Source: Candidatus Melainabacteria bacterium 17Bon1m
GTDB lineage: Bacteria > Cyanobacteriota > Vampirovibrionia > Obscuribacterales > Obscuribacteraceae
Length of the DNA: 64,000 nt
Assembly (NCBI GenBank): GCA_032128875.1
Contig: JAVLKG010000004.1
Span: 608,001 to 672,000 of the forward strand
Direction: 5' to 3'
The stretch's first letter is position 1, and every line of letters begins with the position of its first letter. The translations under genes were made by a program, and so were the position numbers. Below are positions 48,949 to 58,571 of this stretch, piece by piece. The notes below the pieces were generated by a model, which ran no database searches, was not told where the DNA came from, and saw only the letters and a list, made by a program, of their open reading frames with translations.

Positions 48949-49644
48949 TTACTTTTTGCCTTCCCATTCCTGCAGAAATCTTTCTACAAACTCTTCCACG
49001 TACTTATGCCTTTCTTCCGCTAGAGCGCGAGCAGAGTCGGTGTTGAGGCGGTCTTTCAGCAGGAAAATCTTTTCGTAGAAGTGATTCAAGGTAGTGCCTT
49101 TCGCTTTCTTGTATTCCTCGAACGTTTGATGCATGACCGGTGGTTGGTCGGGATCGTACATTTGACGATCGAACTTGCCGCCATAGGCAAAAGTACGAGC
49201 AATGCCAATGGCGCCCAAAGCGTCCAAACGATCGGCATCTTGAACGACTTTCCCTTCTACTGACTCGGGCGTGGTCGTCACTCCAGCGCCTTTGTAGGAG
49301 ACCTCTTTGATGATCGCTGCTACCTTTTCAATCGTTTCTTTTGACTCACCAAGCGATTGCAGCCACTCGGAAGCTACTCGCGGTCCTACGCTCAAGTCAC
49401 CGTCGTGAAACTTCCAATCAGCTATGTCATGCAGGAGAGCGGCCAGCTCCGCCACATAGACATCTGCGCCCTCTTCTTCAGCCAGACGCACGGCCAGCGC
49501 TCTGACGCGCATGATGTGGAAATAGTCGTGTCCGGACGCTTCTTCACCCAAAGTGTCTTTGACGAGCTGGACAGTCTTTTCGACAGTTTGCGTCTGCTCG
49601 CTAGTAAGAGTTGTTGAGTTCTTCTGAACCTTTGAGCTAGTCAC
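48949..49644 (-). CDS. HD-domain phosphohydrolase (YpgQ/YedJ-like)
   Basis: GHDYFHIMRV, ALLHDIAD, VQDADRLDALGAIGIARTF, HFYEK. Confidence 0.92.
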   Translation of the reverse strand: MTSSKVQKNSTTLTSEQTQTVEKTVQLVKDTLGEEASGHDYFHIMRVRALAVRLAEEEGADVYVAELAALLHDIADWKFHDGDLSVGPRVASEWLQSLGESKETIEKVAAIIKEVSYKGAGVTTTPESVEGKVVQDADRLDALGAIGIARTFAYGGKFDRQMYDPDQPPVMHQTFEEYKKAKGTTLNHFYEKIFLLKDRLNTDSARALAEERHKYVEEFVERFLQEWEGKK

Positions 49645-49693
49645 CCGCTCCTCCTCATGTGTATGAATTTTGTTGTTTTGTCAAAATATTCAA

Positions 49694-50203
49694 TTATTGC
49701 GATCTGGTAAGTTTCAAAATTTCTTTGCTGTAAGTAGGGTATGAAACGAGCAGCTCATCTCGTTTTCCATGCTCGTAATCAGCGAAATCAAACGCGGGAG
49801 CAACCGTGCAGCCGAGCAGTGCAAATGACCCACCTTCAGCTAGACAGGCCGCCTGCCAGCATCCGCCATGCACCACCGCCTGCGGTGCGGTACCGTCCGT
49901 CAAACTTGCACTGAGGACGTTTACTTGCAGCTGCCCATCTTGCTTTATAACGAAAAGCTCCACAGGATCGCCGGCGTAGAAATGCCAAATTTCATCGGAC
50001 GGAAGACGGTGAAAGGCCGAGAAAGTATCGTTGGAAAGCAAGAAATAAATGCAAGTCGAAACTGACTTTTGACTGCCGTGTCCGCTTTCAGCCATTTTTC
50101 TATCCGATCGATATGTCTCACGGAAATAGCCGCCTTCGAGCGGCAGCGGCTTAAGTCCCAGCTTCTCAATTAGCAATTCGGCGTCTTTTTTCGATGTTTT
50201 CAT
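49694..50203 (-). CDS. DUF985 (Cupin_5) cupin protein (likely start ATG 50203)
   Basis: EGGYFRETYRS, IYFLL, SAFHRLPSDEIWHFYAG, GCTVAPAFDF. Confidence 0.9.
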   Translation of the reverse strand: MKTSKKDAELLIEKLGLKPLPLEGGYFRETYRSDRKMAESGHGSQKSVSTCIYFLLSNDTFSAFHRLPSDEIWHFYAGDPVELFVIKQDGQLQVNVLSASLTDGTAPQAVVHGGCWQAACLAEGGSFALLGCTVAPAFDFADYEHGKRDELLVSYPTYSKEILKLTRSQ

Positions 50204-50312
50204 TGTGCAAAGAGAACATTCCCGACGCCTCAGGTTACGAAGAGGCAAGGGAAGGATTTGGCTAGTCTGTGTATGATACTTTGGTTCCGGACACATTTCA
50301 GAAATTGGAAAA

Positions 50313-51125
50313 ATGACAGAAAAGCTGACAGCCAAGAATTTAGGCGCTCTCAACGAATCAAACACCCTTTGGGCAAAAGCAAAAGCGTGTCTGCCGCACA
50401 AAGAGCGGATTGAAGCAGAATCGCTTTACAAGCAAGCTATCGACAAACGCATAGCCGCGATTGGCGAAGACGACTACTCTGTGAGCCAGCTACTTGACGA
50501 GCTAGGCGCGCTGTATTTAGAAATGGGTCGCGTTGAGCCGGCCCTGGAGCAATTCAAGAGAGCGGTTGCTCTTCTCGAAAAGAATTTTTATGCAGGTCAT
50601 TACTACCTTGGACCTGTTGTCGAACATCTTGGCGACTGTGCCGCCAAACAAGGCAAATGGGAAGAGGCCGAAACCCAATACAAACGCGCGCTCGATATCT
50701 TTGACAAAACCCTGAGCGGCGACCATCGCTTTGTGTTCATCACGATGCACAAATATGCGACCGCCCTTCGTCATCAGAGCAAATTTACCGAAGCCGAGAC
50801 CGTCGTCAACAAAGCATTGAAGACGATCGATTCTCCGCTCGGACCGGCTGAGGAATTTAGATTCGATCTGGCATTGCTTTACCAGGCACAAGATAAAAAT
50901 CCTGAAGCCGAAGCGCAATACAAGCTGGCTATCGAAGGTTTCCGTCAAAGACGCAACATGCCCAGATTGGGTACGTGCCTCGAGAGTTTTGCCGGGCTTC
51001 TGAAGAAAATGGGCAGAGAGAAAGACGCAAAAGCCATGAACGAGCTTGCCGAAAAATACGTCAAAGTTCAGCATGGTTATGAGGAATCCGAAGCGTTTTT
51101 CCCAAGCACGTTGCTGCGCGCCTGA
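50313..51125 (+). CDS. TPR protein (kinesin-light-chain type)
   Basis: Repeated helical hairpins, e.g. AESLYKQAI and AETQYKRALDIFDKTL. Confidence 0.85.
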   Translation: MTEKLTAKNLGALNESNTLWAKAKACLPHKERIEAESLYKQAIDKRIAAIGEDDYSVSQLLDELGALYLEMGRVEPALEQFKRAVALLEKNFYAGHYYLGPVVEHLGDCAAKQGKWEEAETQYKRALDIFDKTLSGDHRFVFITMHKYATALRHQSKFTEAETVVNKALKTIDSPLGPAEEFRFDLALLYQAQDKNPEAEAQYKLAIEGFRQRRNMPRLGTCLESFAGLLKKMGREKDAKAMNELAEKYVKVQHGYEESEAFFPSTLLRA

Positions 51126-51454
51126 TAAAAACAGTTCGAATTCTTTCAATACTGCCAGCGACTTATCTGCGACATGCCTTAAGACTGGCAAAGCGGTCAT
51201 CGTTTTGATTTAGCCTATTCAACTCTCGACGCTGCGCGCGTTTGATAGTTTTCTTCAACCTTGCAATTACCTTGTTGAAAAACTGTTGACACCCAAACTA
51301 GACTTAATTTTTTCCGTTTGGCAAAAAACTTTTATTTTCCAAAACCTTTACTGCATGCGCTTTTACGGAAACATGATGCAGAGATTTGGAATTTAGTCCC
51401 CCCGTGGGGTGATTTCTTGGGGCGTCGAAATGGGAGTATGTTGTTAATAAGGGG

Positions 51455-51772
51455 GTGACGAAACTGCGAAGTGCAGAGTCGTCGAGCATCGCTATGGCAA
51501 AAGATTTGAACTTACACGAAAGACTAATTTCCGAACTCGGTGTGGTACTGCAAGAGCGCCGAGCTCGCTTACACATGTCGCAAAGCGACCTTGCAGAATC
51601 AAGTCGTTTTCATCGCTCGTATATAAGTGACGTAGAAAGGGGAGCACGGAATATTTCCGTGAAAAACCTCAGCCGTCTTGCATTGGCTCTAGACATTCCA
51701 GTCTCGACCATCCTGGTGCAAGTAGAAAAACGGCTATCGACGAAGACTGGACGAACTCGAAAACGCGCTTAG
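51455..51772 (+). CDS. XRE-family HTH transcriptional regulator (alternative start ATG 51494)
   Basis: MSQSDLAESSRFHRSYISDVERGARNISVKNLSRLALAL. Confidence 0.9.
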   Translation: MTKLRSAESSSIAMAKDLNLHERLISELGVVLQERRARLHMSQSDLAESSRFHRSYISDVERGARNISVKNLSRLALALDIPVSTILVQVEKRLSTKTGRTRKRA

Positions 51773-51780
51773 GAAAGACT

Positions 51781-51823
51781 CGAAAAAATATCAGTCGCGA
51801 TTCGGCGATCTGATATTTTTTCG
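51781..51823. terminator. Bidirectional terminator between convergent genes
   Basis: CGAAAAAATATCAG...CTGATATTTTTTCG long inverted repeat with A and T runs. Confidence 0.75.
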
Positions 51824-51871
51824 GCAGCATTAGTAACCCGCATTTGCGGTGCCACTGTTCTTAGTGGCAGA

Positions 51872-52987
51872 TCAATATTGTTCGATTGAAAAACTCACAG
51901 GGCTCTCTGCTGCCCTGTAGAGAGCTGATTCAGCATTGTCTGCTGGTTTTAGCAGCCCTGTTGCAACTTGGATCAACTCGCCTGGTCCTATGGACGAGCC
52001 TTTGATATTTGCAGGTCCACTGATTTTCATCGGATCACAGATCTCGACGGCAAAATCTTGCAATCCGGAATTCTTGAAGAAAGCCTCTGCGTTGACCACG
52101 CGAGACATCATGCCGTGCTTCACTGTCACTTTGGCCGGAGGATATGAAACTCCAAGTTTCAACAGTGGCTCCATATCAGCCATGACCCATTTTGCGCTGT
52201 CAAATGCAAGTTGCCCGCAATTTTTGATAAGCGCCAAACCATCATGAAATGCCGCTTCCGTAAGATAAGCCCATTCAACAACTTCTAACGTTCTATCTTT
52301 CGGATCTTGCAGATTCCATATCATGTACCCATCGTCGTGAAGATAAAGTACAAACTGGCGCTCCGGACGTGCTAGTTGGCGCTCCCAGCGAGCAGTGTTT
52401 CGCTCCAAACTCAAATTGGACATTTTTGTCCATCGCTGATGAACAGGCATCAAAGCCTCGTAGTCGCTCAGCTTCACAGGCTTGAACCGGCTGCTCTCGC
52501 CGACTGTAGGAATTGAATCGATTTTCTGCGTTATTTCGTACTGCAAATCAGTGACTGCATATCCCATCTTCTCGTAGAAGGGATATGAGAAAGGCCAGAG
52601 TGCTGAAATCTCGACTTTCTCTTCATTCAACCTTTTCAGCACATCTCGAAGAACCTCACGCACCAAGCCTTTCTTACGCATCGGAGGACTGCAAGCAACG
52701 CCGGCGATACCACCGCATTTGAGCACACGTCCATTGAAATTAATATCGAACATAATGACTGTGGCAAGCGCATGCGGGTAATCATCAACAAAAGCGCCGA
52801 CAGCGAAATCACTCACTTCAAATGCAAAACGCTTCCATCGCTCTTCGTCAGTAAAACCAAACGCCGTTTTCCAAGTTTCGACCGCATACAAAAAATCTCC
52901 CGTCTCGACAGTCCGAATAACGGCGTCAATATCTCCAACGCGTGTAAATTTCGAACCAAGATTTGTCGCCATGGACGGCTTCGTCAT
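51872..52987 (-). CDS. Eis-like GNAT acetyltransferase
   Basis: GGIAGVACSPPMRKKGL and SALWPFSYPFYEKMGY. Confidence 0.88.
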   Translation of the reverse strand: MTKPSMATNLGSKFTRVGDIDAVIRTVETGDFLYAVETWKTAFGFTDEERWKRFAFEVSDFAVGAFVDDYPHALATVIMFDINFNGRVLKCGGIAGVACSPPMRKKGLVREVLRDVLKRLNEEKVEISALWPFSYPFYEKMGYAVTDLQYEITQKIDSIPTVGESSRFKPVKLSDYEALMPVHQRWTKMSNLSLERNTARWERQLARPERQFVLYLHDDGYMIWNLQDPKDRTLEVVEWAYLTEAAFHDGLALIKNCGQLAFDSAKWVMADMEPLLKLGVSYPPAKVTVKHGMMSRVVNAEAFFKNSGLQDFAVEICDPMKISGPANIKGSSIGPGELIQVATGLLKPADNAESALYRAAESPVSFSIEQY

Positions 52988-53064
52988 CAGAACCTCTGGC
53001 TTTACCGATAAAGTTTTAGGACATCATTATATAACCGCCTTCCACCCGGGTATAAAATCGGCGG

Positions 53065-53814
53065 TTGCACTTGGAGAAATTTGTGTCTGACGATAAAAAA
53101 GCAAAAGAAGCGGAGTTTTATCGTCGTATTGCCGAGCTGCGCAGCAAAAACAATCAGTTTCCGTGGACCAGCGGCGAAATTCCCATTTTCGAGCTGCCCA
53201 AAGAGCAAACGAAGCTTCATGCGGACGCTGAAGCCGAAGACAGCCACATGTCCCTCGACGAGATTGAACGGCGAGTGCTGATGGATCTCGTTGCTCCGAC
53301 ATACAACTTTCGAACATTCTACAAAAGACTGAATTACGAACTGAAGCGCGCCAACCGGTACGACCGAGCCCTTTCGCTTCTCGTGGTCGCAATTGATGGA
53401 CTCACCGACATCGGCAAATCCAGAGGCATGGAAGTGCACGACAATATTGTCGCCGCAGGTGCTGCAGTAATGCTCACTTCCATTCGCGATATCGACTTGA
53501 TTGGCCGCTGCAGAGAAGATGCATTCGGCATCATCCTTCCGGAAACCCCACGGTCAGGGGCAGAAGTTGCCGCTGAGCGCATTCGAACCAGACTTGAAAA
53601 TTATGAAGTAGTCATCAAAGGACGCAGCTATTTAGTAAGCGTCAGCATCGGCGTGTCATGTTTTTCAGGAAGACCGCTCGTAGACAGCGGTTATGGACAA
53701 GGTCCATCCGTCGAAGACGTTTTCGCATGTGCCGCCGAAGCAGTCATGTTCCGCATGTCCAACGGTGGCAATGGCATTACATTCGCCGACGAACTCGATA
53801 TGTCGAGACGCTGA
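53065..53814 (+). CDS. Degenerate GGDEF-domain protein with intact RxxD I-site
   Basis: YNFRTFYKRLNYELKRANRY, RDID-LIGRC-REDAF-GIILPET, AAERIR, VSVSIGV. Confidence 0.85.
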   Translation: MHLEKFVSDDKKAKEAEFYRRIAELRSKNNQFPWTSGEIPIFELPKEQTKLHADAEAEDSHMSLDEIERRVLMDLVAPTYNFRTFYKRLNYELKRANRYDRALSLLVVAIDGLTDIGKSRGMEVHDNIVAAGAAVMLTSIRDIDLIGRCREDAFGIILPETPRSGAEVAAERIRTRLENYEVVIKGRSYLVSVSIGVSCFSGRPLVDSGYGQGPSVEDVFACAAEAVMFRMSNGGNGITFADELDMSRR

Positions 53815-53834
53815 GCGAAGGTTCAAAACCTGTG

Positions 53835-56800
53835 CTATTTGCCTATCTCGACTAGCGCTTCTTCAAAGCTCAAGCGTCCACTGCGAACAGCGCCAAGAAC
53901 ATAAATCGCCTGCTCATTTGTCAGATAGCGACTGCGCGTCAGTCCCTGACAGCGAACAACCACATCCAACGTGTCGTCATTGACAAGCCCTAGAGCCATC
54001 AAAAGATCGGGAGCCATCGAAGCATCTTCCAAAGCTTTCTCTAAAGCAGAAGCAATATCTTTCTTGCTGAAGAAACCCGACATGGTGAGAAGCTCAACAA
54101 TTGTGGCGTCCGCTTGGGGTTGCGGAGGAAGGGGCGGTGGAGGCGTGTAAGTTACAGGCGTAGCCGGGGCTCCACGATGTTCGACAATATATGCCAACTC
54201 CGCTTGAGCTTCTGCAATTTCCAGTGGAACAGGCAAGAGATTGCTGACGGATACGGAAACAGCACGCTGCTTGATGGAAGCCATCTTCGATTGCGTGTTG
54301 CTTGCCTTTCCGCCAGGACCGACTGGCATCAACTCACCGATTTGAGCACTGGCATCCAGTCCTGCTTGAGCGGCAGGAACGAGATCTTCGATGAAATCAG
54401 GTACGCCGGCTCCGCCCTTCTTGCCGAACATAGTTGCAGGATGGGCTTGATTCTTTTGAGTAGTCCAAGACGGCATTGCCTCTGCTTCTTTTATGCTCTG
54501 CAAGCCGGTTTGAGATTTTCCAGCTTGTCCTTTCTTGCCCTTTGCAGGTTGCTTGGAAAGTTTGTTTTGTGATTGCGAGGCTTTACTTTTACCCTTCTTA
54601 CCTTTTGCAGGTGCAGCTTCCTTTTTGTCATCAGCCGAATCGCTGTCATCTTCTGCAAGAAGTGTGAGTGCTTCGGAAGGTGTGATCGCAAACAAACGAC
54701 CAGTGTCACTTGGAGCATAGTCGGACTTGAGCGAAATCTTGGTACCTTTTCCAAATCCTGCAATATGCCCAGGACGACCTGTTTCGATCGGCATGGAAAT
54801 AGGCATGGAAATCGGCAAGCCGACTGGCTTCTGTATCGACTTGGTAGCAGGAGCTTCGGCAACTGGCGCAGGGGCTTGTGCTGGAACCGTTTGTTCTTCC
54901 GTTGGTGCTTCTTCAACCTTATCTTGAACTTTTTCTGGTTCTAACTCAGATTTTGCTTCCGCTTCAGCATTTGCTTCTGCATCTACTCTTGTTTCTACTT
55001 TTGCTTCCGATTTTGACTCGGTCTCTAATTGCTCTGTCTTTTCAGACTTCTCGCTCGTCTCGTCCGCGTCATTCCTTAATTGCTCAACGGGCTTGTTGAA
55101 AGGCGCAGGCAATTCGAGATCGAATTCCATTTTGAAATTCGGCTCGTCATCGTCGTCTTCCTCTTCAGCGTCTTTGGCAAGGTCGAGAAGCTCTTTCTCG
55201 GGTGGCATTTCAGCTTCTTCGCGTTGCGACGGCTGGAAGTCATGCGACGGTGCTGCGGGTGAAGCAGTGGACGGCGTTTCTGAAACCGGCGGCGAAGCAA
55301 ATGCAGGGTTTGACTGCTCTGGTTGTGATTCGGGTCCTTTAGATACAGGCAAACTGCCGCCAGGAGTTGACGAACCTGCAGGAGAGCCAGATGGGGCACC
55401 AAATGGATTTCTCATCTCGGAAGATGGTCTAGATGTAGCCGATGTCGAGAGCGGAGCGGCTTCCGGTCTGGATGGAACCAATGGTACCGGCTCCGACTTT
55501 TGCTGAGAAGCTGGTTCTTGCCTTGCGGTGTCAGCCTCAGAGTCCAGCGACGTGATCTGAGGTTGCCCCCACGACAGCTTTCTTGGAGACGGAAGGTCTG
55601 CAGCGGCATCGCCACCTTTCGGAGCGGCCCAACCCAAACGCGATGCCAGTTGAGCAGCCGCATTCTTAAGTTGACCAGGATCTTTGGAAACGTCCTCAGC
55701 TCTGACAGGCTCTAATGCAGGCACAGGCTGTGAGGCTGGAAGCGGCGGAGCGGCAGGAGGAGCCGGGGTTGGGGAAGTAGGAGGTGGGACAGTCGCTGCC
55801 GGTGCGGACGAAGCAGATACTGGAGCTTGAGACGAAGGAAATTCCTGTGCTGCTGAAACTGCATTGTGAACGGTTTCAGCCTGATGCTGATGTTGTGCTT
55901 GAGGGGTTGAGGAAGATGGCGGCGCTGAGTGGTGCGGCACAGGGGCTGCGTGCTGTTGATGAACAGGCTGCTGCGGCGGCGTCTGATGCTGATGCTGCAT
56001 TTGCTGCTGTTGTTGCAGTTGAGCGTGCAAATTTGACGCTTGCTGCGGCATTTGCTGAGGAGGCATCGGAGCATTCTGCGCAGGCATATTCCAATTCGGT
56101 GGCGGTGGCGCACCCTGAGGAGGCATTTGCTGCGGATAGCCGGGAGGAGGAGCGTAGCCTTCGGGAGGCATAGACGGTGGCTGCGGAAAGCCTGGCAATG
56201 GCACTCCCAAGCCATGATGGCGTGGAACACTTCCGTGCCAACTTCCCCAAGGGTCGTCGGGAGCAGGCCCACCGTAGGGCGCATGCCCATAGGGTGTGTT
56301 GTAACCATAAATAGGTGCTGGCATCTGCTGCGGCATTGGTTGCTGCATTTGCGGAGGCATTGGTTGCTGCATTTGCTGAGGCATCGGTTGCTGCATTTGC
56401 GGAGGCATCGGCTGTTGCATTTGCGGCGGCATCGGCTGTTGCATTTGCTGCGGCATTGGCTGCTGCATTTGAGGCGGCATCTGCATCGGTTGAGTTTGCT
56501 GATGCTGCATCGGATGCCCTTGCGGCTGCTGATGATGCTGCTGTTGATCTTGAAAATATTGCTGTTGCAATTGAGCATGCAACTGAGAAGGCTGATGCTG
56601 CGGCGGCGCATGAACAGGAACTTGTTGCGGCGGCTGCTGTTGATAGGGATGAGGATGAGGCTGCTGTTGATGCTGTTGATGTTGTTGCTGGTGGTGCAGC
56701 TGCTGGTGTTGCGGCTGTGGACGAGGACCTTCCAGAGTATCTCTCAGAGTACTCATAACGGACGAAGGTTTGAGCGGCTGCTCTGTCGCGTAGTCAGTAC

Positions 56801-57374
56801 GCTTCATGGCGGCTTCAGCCTTCGACCAAATCTTCATCGCCGCTTTCAATTCTTCGATTGCAGCATCGCGCGGGAGAATTCCGTCACGAATTTGCTCCTG
56901 AGCACGAAGCACAGTGGGCAAAAGCGAGGCGTGGATAATGCCTTGTGTTACGAGCGTGCCGCCAAGAGGAAGCCCAGTTTCAACACTTGCCTTCAAAGCG
57001 GCATTGAGCTGATCGGTACTGATGATATCTGCATCTACCAACAATTCTCCGAGCCTGTTGGTCGAACCCTTGGCTTGGGGATGGCGGTCCATGCGCTTGA
57101 GCGCTTCATGAATCGGCTGGCGGTCGCGTGCTGCAACTGCCAAAGCCTCAATGCCTACATCCGGAGGAACCAGCCCGTCACGAATAATTGACTGTGCTTC
57201 GAGCGCCAACTGGAAGATGTCCGGCGAAATTCTGCCGTCCATGGTCAAAACACGCCCCATCGGCATGCCCAGTCTTCTGGAGACTGCCATGGCTTCTGTC
57301 AGATCGCCCGAAGAAATCAGCCCACTCCTGACCAGCAAGTCGCCGATCATTATGTTCTTTTCGTCGTCAGACAT
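53835..57374 (-). CDS. 1179-aa protein: two N-terminal MshEN-like modules, long Q/P/H-rich and acidic disordered linker, C-terminal MshEN-like module
   Basis: MIGDLLVRSGLIS...PMGRVL, NRLGELLVDADIISTDQLNAAL...PLGGTL; C-terminal TIVELLTMSGFFS...LSFEEALVEIG. Confidence 0.82.
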   Translation of the reverse strand: MSDDEKNIMIGDLLVRSGLISSGDLTEAMAVSRRLGMPMGRVLTMDGRISPDIFQLALEAQSIIRDGLVPPDVGIEALAVAARDRQPIHEALKRMDRHPQAKGSTNRLGELLVDADIISTDQLNAALKASVETGLPLGGTLVTQGIIHASLLPTVLRAQEQIRDGILPRDAAIEELKAAMKIWSKAEAAMKRTDYATEQPLKPSSVMSTLRDTLEGPRPQPQHQQLHHQQQHQQHQQQPHPHPYQQQPPQQVPVHAPPQHQPSQLHAQLQQQYFQDQQQHHQQPQGHPMQHQQTQPMQMPPQMQQPMPQQMQQPMPPQMQQPMPPQMQQPMPQQMQQPMPPQMQQPMPQQMPAPIYGYNTPYGHAPYGGPAPDDPWGSWHGSVPRHHGLGVPLPGFPQPPSMPPEGYAPPPGYPQQMPPQGAPPPPNWNMPAQNAPMPPQQMPQQASNLHAQLQQQQQMQHQHQTPPQQPVHQQHAAPVPHHSAPPSSSTPQAQHQHQAETVHNAVSAAQEFPSSQAPVSASSAPAATVPPPTSPTPAPPAAPPLPASQPVPALEPVRAEDVSKDPGQLKNAAAQLASRLGWAAPKGGDAAADLPSPRKLSWGQPQITSLDSEADTARQEPASQQKSEPVPLVPSRPEAAPLSTSATSRPSSEMRNPFGAPSGSPAGSSTPGGSLPVSKGPESQPEQSNPAFASPPVSETPSTASPAAPSHDFQPSQREEAEMPPEKELLDLAKDAEEEDDDDEPNFKMEFDLELPAPFNKPVEQLRNDADETSEKSEKTEQLETESKSEAKVETRVDAEANAEAEAKSELEPEKVQDKVEEAPTEEQTVPAQAPAPVAEAPATKSIQKPVGLPISMPISMPIETGRPGHIAGFGKGTKISLKSDYAPSDTGRLFAITPSEALTLLAEDDSDSADDKKEAAPAKGKKGKSKASQSQNKLSKQPAKGKKGQAGKSQTGLQSIKEAEAMPSWTTQKNQAHPATMFGKKGGAGVPDFIEDLVPAAQAGLDASAQIGELMPVGPGGKASNTQSKMASIKQRAVSVSVSNLLPVPLEIAEAQAELAYIVEHRGAPATPVTYTPPPPLPPQPQADATIVELLTMSGFFSKKDIASALEKALEDASMAPDLLMALGLVNDDTLDVVVRCQGLTRSRYLTNEQAIYVLGAVRSGRLSFEEALVEIGK
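56328..56471 (-). repeat. Coding tandem repeat, 6 x 24 bp, encoding QMQQPMP(P/Q)
   Basis: Six consecutive in-frame units with synonymous variation. Confidence 0.9.
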
Positions 57375-57668
57375 TCGGGTTCCCCTTAAAACAGCGCCGG
57401 AGGTTCAAAACCTCAATTCAGAACAGGACCGCCGCCAGCAGTCTCTCTAATTGTTTGTACCCTTCCTATTCTCTATCTAAATGCTTTTTTTTCCCAATCC
57501 CCCATACGGGTTACGAAAAAGAAAGAAATTCGGGGCGTTGTGCGACGATTGAGCGGATTGCCATAGCCAGTTAAGCATGTATCCAATTGAACACATAAAC
57601 GCCCGACGGAACCATTGATTACTGAGTTCTGCTGATTTATGACAGTCAATGCCACCGCATGCAGTGCA

Positions 57669-58553
57669 TTATCTCAAAATCGAAACACCGCTCAAAAGAA
57701 AATCTATGGCACGGACATCCACAGTATTGCCAGCCAGCTTGAGTTTTGCCTGAGTAGAAAGTTCTTCAGGAAAGGAGAAATCGGATGAAAAACCCATTAA
57801 CGCGACTATTTCTTCAGGCGAAAAACGTCTGATTTGCTGGTCATCGACGGCAATGAAGGTGCCGCTTGATTTAAAGCTCTTCCAGTAGCCACTGGTAAAA
57901 CAAATCGCATACGCGTCTTGATCGCACGGATTGATGATATGCAAGGAAGGGGCATACCTCTCGAAGTCTTTCCGAGAAACGATTAGCTCAGTGTCGTATG
58001 TTTCCCTTATAAAATTAGTGAGGCTTTTTACTTCGACTTTCTGAAGCGCAGGGGGCTCAAAAGTAACACCATCAGTGGTGGCGACGAGATAAAGGCGAGG
58101 ACGGCGCATTTTTAGACCGAAATCAGTCGGGGAAAGCTCTAGAAAATGACTGTGGTAGCCTAATTCGCCTAAGGTTCGCTCCACCAGCCGATGAGCATCT
58201 GAGTCTTTAAATCCAACAACATTTTCCAGCATCAACACTTTGGGTTTATGCTGCCTCAAATGGTCGAAAAGATTGATTAAAGATCGCGCACGTGGGTCTG
58301 CCAGCCCCTTCTGATTGCCTCTTACGGAATAAGGTTGGCACGGAGGACTCATCCACCACATGTCCGCCTGTGGAAGTTCGGACGACACAATCGTGTCTAA
58401 ATTGCGAGATCTTGGCTTCATGCCGTGATTAAGCTCATAGGTGGCATTGGCGCGCGGGTCTTGATCGAAGGCTGCGACTACCTCGATATTGCGCTTAGCG
58501 GCTGCTTCTGCGAATGCTCCAATGCCGGAGAACAACTCTAGCGCTTTGATCAT
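57669..58553 (-). CDS. C5-cytosine methyltransferase of Dnmt2/TRDMT1 type (probable tRNA C38 methyltransferase)
   Basis: ELFSGIG, MSPPCQPY, ENVVGF, LSPTDFG..RRPRLY, CFTSGY, RRFSPEEI, LAGN. Confidence 0.85.
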   Translation of the reverse strand: MIKALELFSGIGAFAEAAAKRNIEVVAAFDQDPRANATYELNHGMKPRSRNLDTIVSSELPQADMWWMSPPCQPYSVRGNQKGLADPRARSLINLFDHLRQHKPKVLMLENVVGFKDSDAHRLVERTLGELGYHSHFLELSPTDFGLKMRRPRLYLVATTDGVTFEPPALQKVEVKSLTNFIRETYDTELIVSRKDFERYAPSLHIINPCDQDAYAICFTSGYWKSFKSSGTFIAVDDQQIRRFSPEEIVALMGFSSDFSFPEELSTQAKLKLAGNTVDVRAIDFLLSGVSILR

Positions 58554-58571
58554 TGAAAGTGATTTATTGGC

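Noticed and set aside
55712-57191. ORFs with CSNRCLRK or LLHLRRH repeats that look like Cys-rich or His-rich peptides
   Set aside because: Alternative frames of the Q/P/M repeat. The synonymous variation and the flanking MshEN modules support the 1179-aa frame
51455-58553. Restriction-modification system (C-protein-like HTH plus C5 MTase)
   Set aside because: The genes are about 6 kb apart, there is no endonuclease, and the MTase has Dnmt2 signatures
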